A DNA stretch of 64,000 nucleotides from contig OZ076409.1 of NCBI GenBank assembly GCA_964187785.1, positions 78,184,001 to 78,248,000 of the forward strand, read 5' to 3'. The notes under the pieces are model-generated. The model had not been told where the DNA came from. It worked only from the letters and a program-made list of their open reading frames with translations, and did no database searches. Of this stretch, positions 61,371 through 64,000 are shown one piece after another. Source of the stretch: Amphiscolops sp. MND2022 (taxonomy: Eukaryota). A program made the position numbers and the translations under genes. Numbering within the stretch: the stretch's first letter is position 1; each line of letters opens with the position of its first letter.

Positions 61371-62949
61371 TTAGCCAATAATAAAAAGACCAAAAATTAA
61401 ATCTTTGGTGGGATGAAACGTAGAAGAATAAATAGCAAGATAGGCACAAGACTTCATTTTTTTTCCAAACAGGGCAATAAAATTTTCGTACGTTTCATCC
61501 ACCTGATTGGCACAAAAAAATCAATCTAACGCTTTGAATAAAGGAAAAGTATCATACTAAATTTGGACTAACAAACTTCGCTTTGGAAATCACGACAGGT
61601 ACAAAAACTGAAACAAAGCAGCTCGAATTGTTAGAGATGCGAAGTGCGAAGAAAAGTGACAATTACAACGAGACGGGTGTCGCAGGCTGCTACCTGTGAT
61701 CTTATTATATTTTATGTTCCTTTGCCTGTCGTCTCGGACAGCCAGTCCGGTTGAATTTAGACCAATCATATTGCAGTATTAGTATGAGTGCTCTGACTTA
61801 GTGGTTTTAATTAATGGACACGATGGCCGTTCACCGCTTGTCAACTAATAAACCAGTACGTTTGCGGCAGTCGGACATTGAGTCCTAAATTTAACAAAAA
61901 GTGTTATTTAAGGTGCTCTGACCTAATTATTGGGGCTAATTGACAGTGAAATCGCTTTGATTGGTAAAAGGCATTGTACTAGCTGTCCCTCCTGTATTTG
62001 AAGCACTATAGTGAAATACCCGGATGCTAACATTTGCTAAATTTCATGTAAATTGTATTTAAATATGGAAATACATGAAATGTTATGTAATCATGTCGCC
62101 CCGGACGCGCTGTCCAAATTCATTCTCAGCCAATCGGGTACTTCTATTTGGATCAGTGCTAATATTTAAAAGCCACCAAGGCTACTCGCCTTACGTCATC
62201 ATTTAATTATGACGAGTTGACTTTTAGTCCCAATTTAGATTTTAAGTGCTGTTTACTTCCATTAAATGGCCAATCACGGCTGTCCACCTGAATAATTCAC
62301 AGCTGTCTCACTTATGGCTAGTGGACACGTAGTCCCACATTAGGATTGGCATATAATTGAATTCAAGTGCAGTGCTAAGACTGGATAAATTGTCCTTCCC
62401 CCTTTTTGGTATCGCCTTATAGGTGAAATGACCAATATTGAGTGTAAAGTTAATCACTGTCATGGCAAATACGAATATATTTTGTTGCCCTTATGGCCCA
62501 GTGTTATGATGATACATGAAAAGTGCATGTATTGTTTCATTATCTAGAGTTACATGTAGTCACGTTACGGTTAGTAATATTACGTTGATGTAGACCGTGA
62601 GGCTGCATAAACAATTTGTGCCGACAAGGCTTTGATGCTATTATTAGGACGACGAATTACGTCACCAGATATTTGTAGTGACACGTTGTACCATTTATTA
62701 CCATTTTTACATATTGTGTTCTAAAAATAGTTTCATGACTTCCATATTTTGTATGTCATGCATATGTTAGTATAAATACTTGGGACTCCTAGTCCCGGGG
62801 ACACAATTTTAATTTGTATCTCTATTGATGAGACCTTTTGTCAAACTCACTTCTTTTTACCATAAAAGAAGTAATTGACTTCTTTCCCTGCAAACACTTT
62901 CTGCAACAAGAAGACAATATACTGAACTAGACATTCTAGAGAAATAGAC

Positions 62950-63549
62950 ATGAGGTCCAATGATAACAACAGGGACATGATGCTTGGTGGAAACAATTCA
63001 AATTCTACAGAAAGGAAATTCGAGATCGTAATGAATCATTCTCTTGGCCAAGGTGACACCGAGGCCATTCTTACTTACAAAATTCCTAAACAGCAAAATG
63101 AGAATAGAAACATCCGCTGTAGAATTGAGACCACTAGGTCAGATAGACACTTAGAGTCCATGGGAATGTTTTCAGTGGAATTGAATCTCAGGTTGTCCCA
63201 AGTGACGGATTCACTTATGAACATCCTACAAGTCCAGATAACTAGAGCAATCAATTCTGCCATCAGTGATAGAGTGATCCCAGAGATTCCAAATGCTATG
63301 GATACGCTGTCTTCAGGACAAAGAGACACTAAGTTCAGTTCGTCACCAAATAATCAAGAAGATCAAGAAGGATCAAACGGGCTCAAAGCTAAAATTACAA
63401 AAAAGGACTCAAGGTCCGCCTTTGATTTGAGAGACACAGAGGGCCAGAGTCCTTACATGGTGGCAGGAGTTAACGACACCCAGCGACCAATTCCTGAATT
63501 CCTGACTGGACGTTTCCACTCGCACCCGAACCTTGAAAAACAGGAATAG
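62950..63549 (+). CDS. Intronless ORF of unknown function, possibly a retroelement gag-like fragment
   Basis: 199-aa ATG-started ORF with a helical/coiled-coil-like segment; its 3' part enters the tandem array. No diagnostic motif. Confidence 0.3.
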   Translation: MRSNDNNRDMMLGGNNSNSTERKFEIVMNHSLGQGDTEAILTYKIPKQQNENRNIRCRIETTRSDRHLESMGMFSVELNLRLSQVTDSLMNILQVQITRAINSAISDRVIPEIPNAMDTLSSGQRDTKFSSSPNNQEDQEGSNGLKAKITKKDSRSAFDLRDTEGQSPYMVAGVNDTQRPIPEFLTGRFHSHPNLEKQE

Positions 63550-64000
63550 GTCCATAATGTCTCAATGGACACAACGCTACCCATACCAGAAACTGCTATG
63601 CCTGGTTTTCTCAAAACTTGCTCAGTTCGTCAACAAATAGTCAGGAAGATCAAGAAGAATCAAACGGGCTCAAAACTAAAATTACAAAACAGGACTCAAG
63701 GTCCGCCTTTGATTTGAGAGACACAGAGGGCCAGAGTCCTTACATGGTGGCAGGAGTTAACGACACCCAGCGACCAATTCCTGAATTCCTGACTGGACGT
63801 TTCCACTCGCACCCGAACCTTGAAAAACAGGAATCGGTCCATTATGTCTCAATGGACACAACGCTACCCATACCAGAAACTGCTATGCCTGGTTTTCTCA
63901 AAACTTGCTCAGTTCGTCACCAAATAATCAGGAAGATCAAGAAGGATCAAACGGGCTCAAAACTAAAATTACAAAAAAGGACTCAAGGTCCGCCTTTGAT
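63335..64000. repeat. 287-bp tandem repeat (at least 2.3 copies, runs off the window)
   Basis: ggtccgcctttgat at 63413, 63700 and 63987. Confidence 0.92.

Overview
AT-rich eukaryotic (invertebrate animal) DNA. It is dominated by nested transposable elements and contains two intron-containing host genes on the + strand: a Rap1GAP-family gene (27.2-34.4 kb) and an ABHD13 orthologue (40.8-45.8 kb). The first 27 kb is a TE pile. A decayed CRE-clade (RT+RLE) retrotransposon carries nested TIR elements, one apparently intact CR1/L2-group LINE (3327-7096) and a decayed I/Jockey-type LINE. A ~6.9-7.2 kb tandem duplication has a breakpoint that can be mapped to a 14-bp window. A second ~6.2 kb tandem duplication (48-60 kb) covers a Ty3/Gypsy remnant. 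The most striking observation is that two unrelated LINE families begin with the same ~30-nt sequence ending in AG just upstream of ORF1 (CCTARTTGTTGTGATRMACTTATTAAATAG). This looks like a spliced-leader exon acquired by trans-splicing before retrotransposition. Other notable features are an in-frame UGA-C junction between LINE ORF1 and ORF2, and modular GG-ended 8/9-bp-TSD elements that share internal cores but swap terminal repeats. All calls are made by eye; no database search was run.
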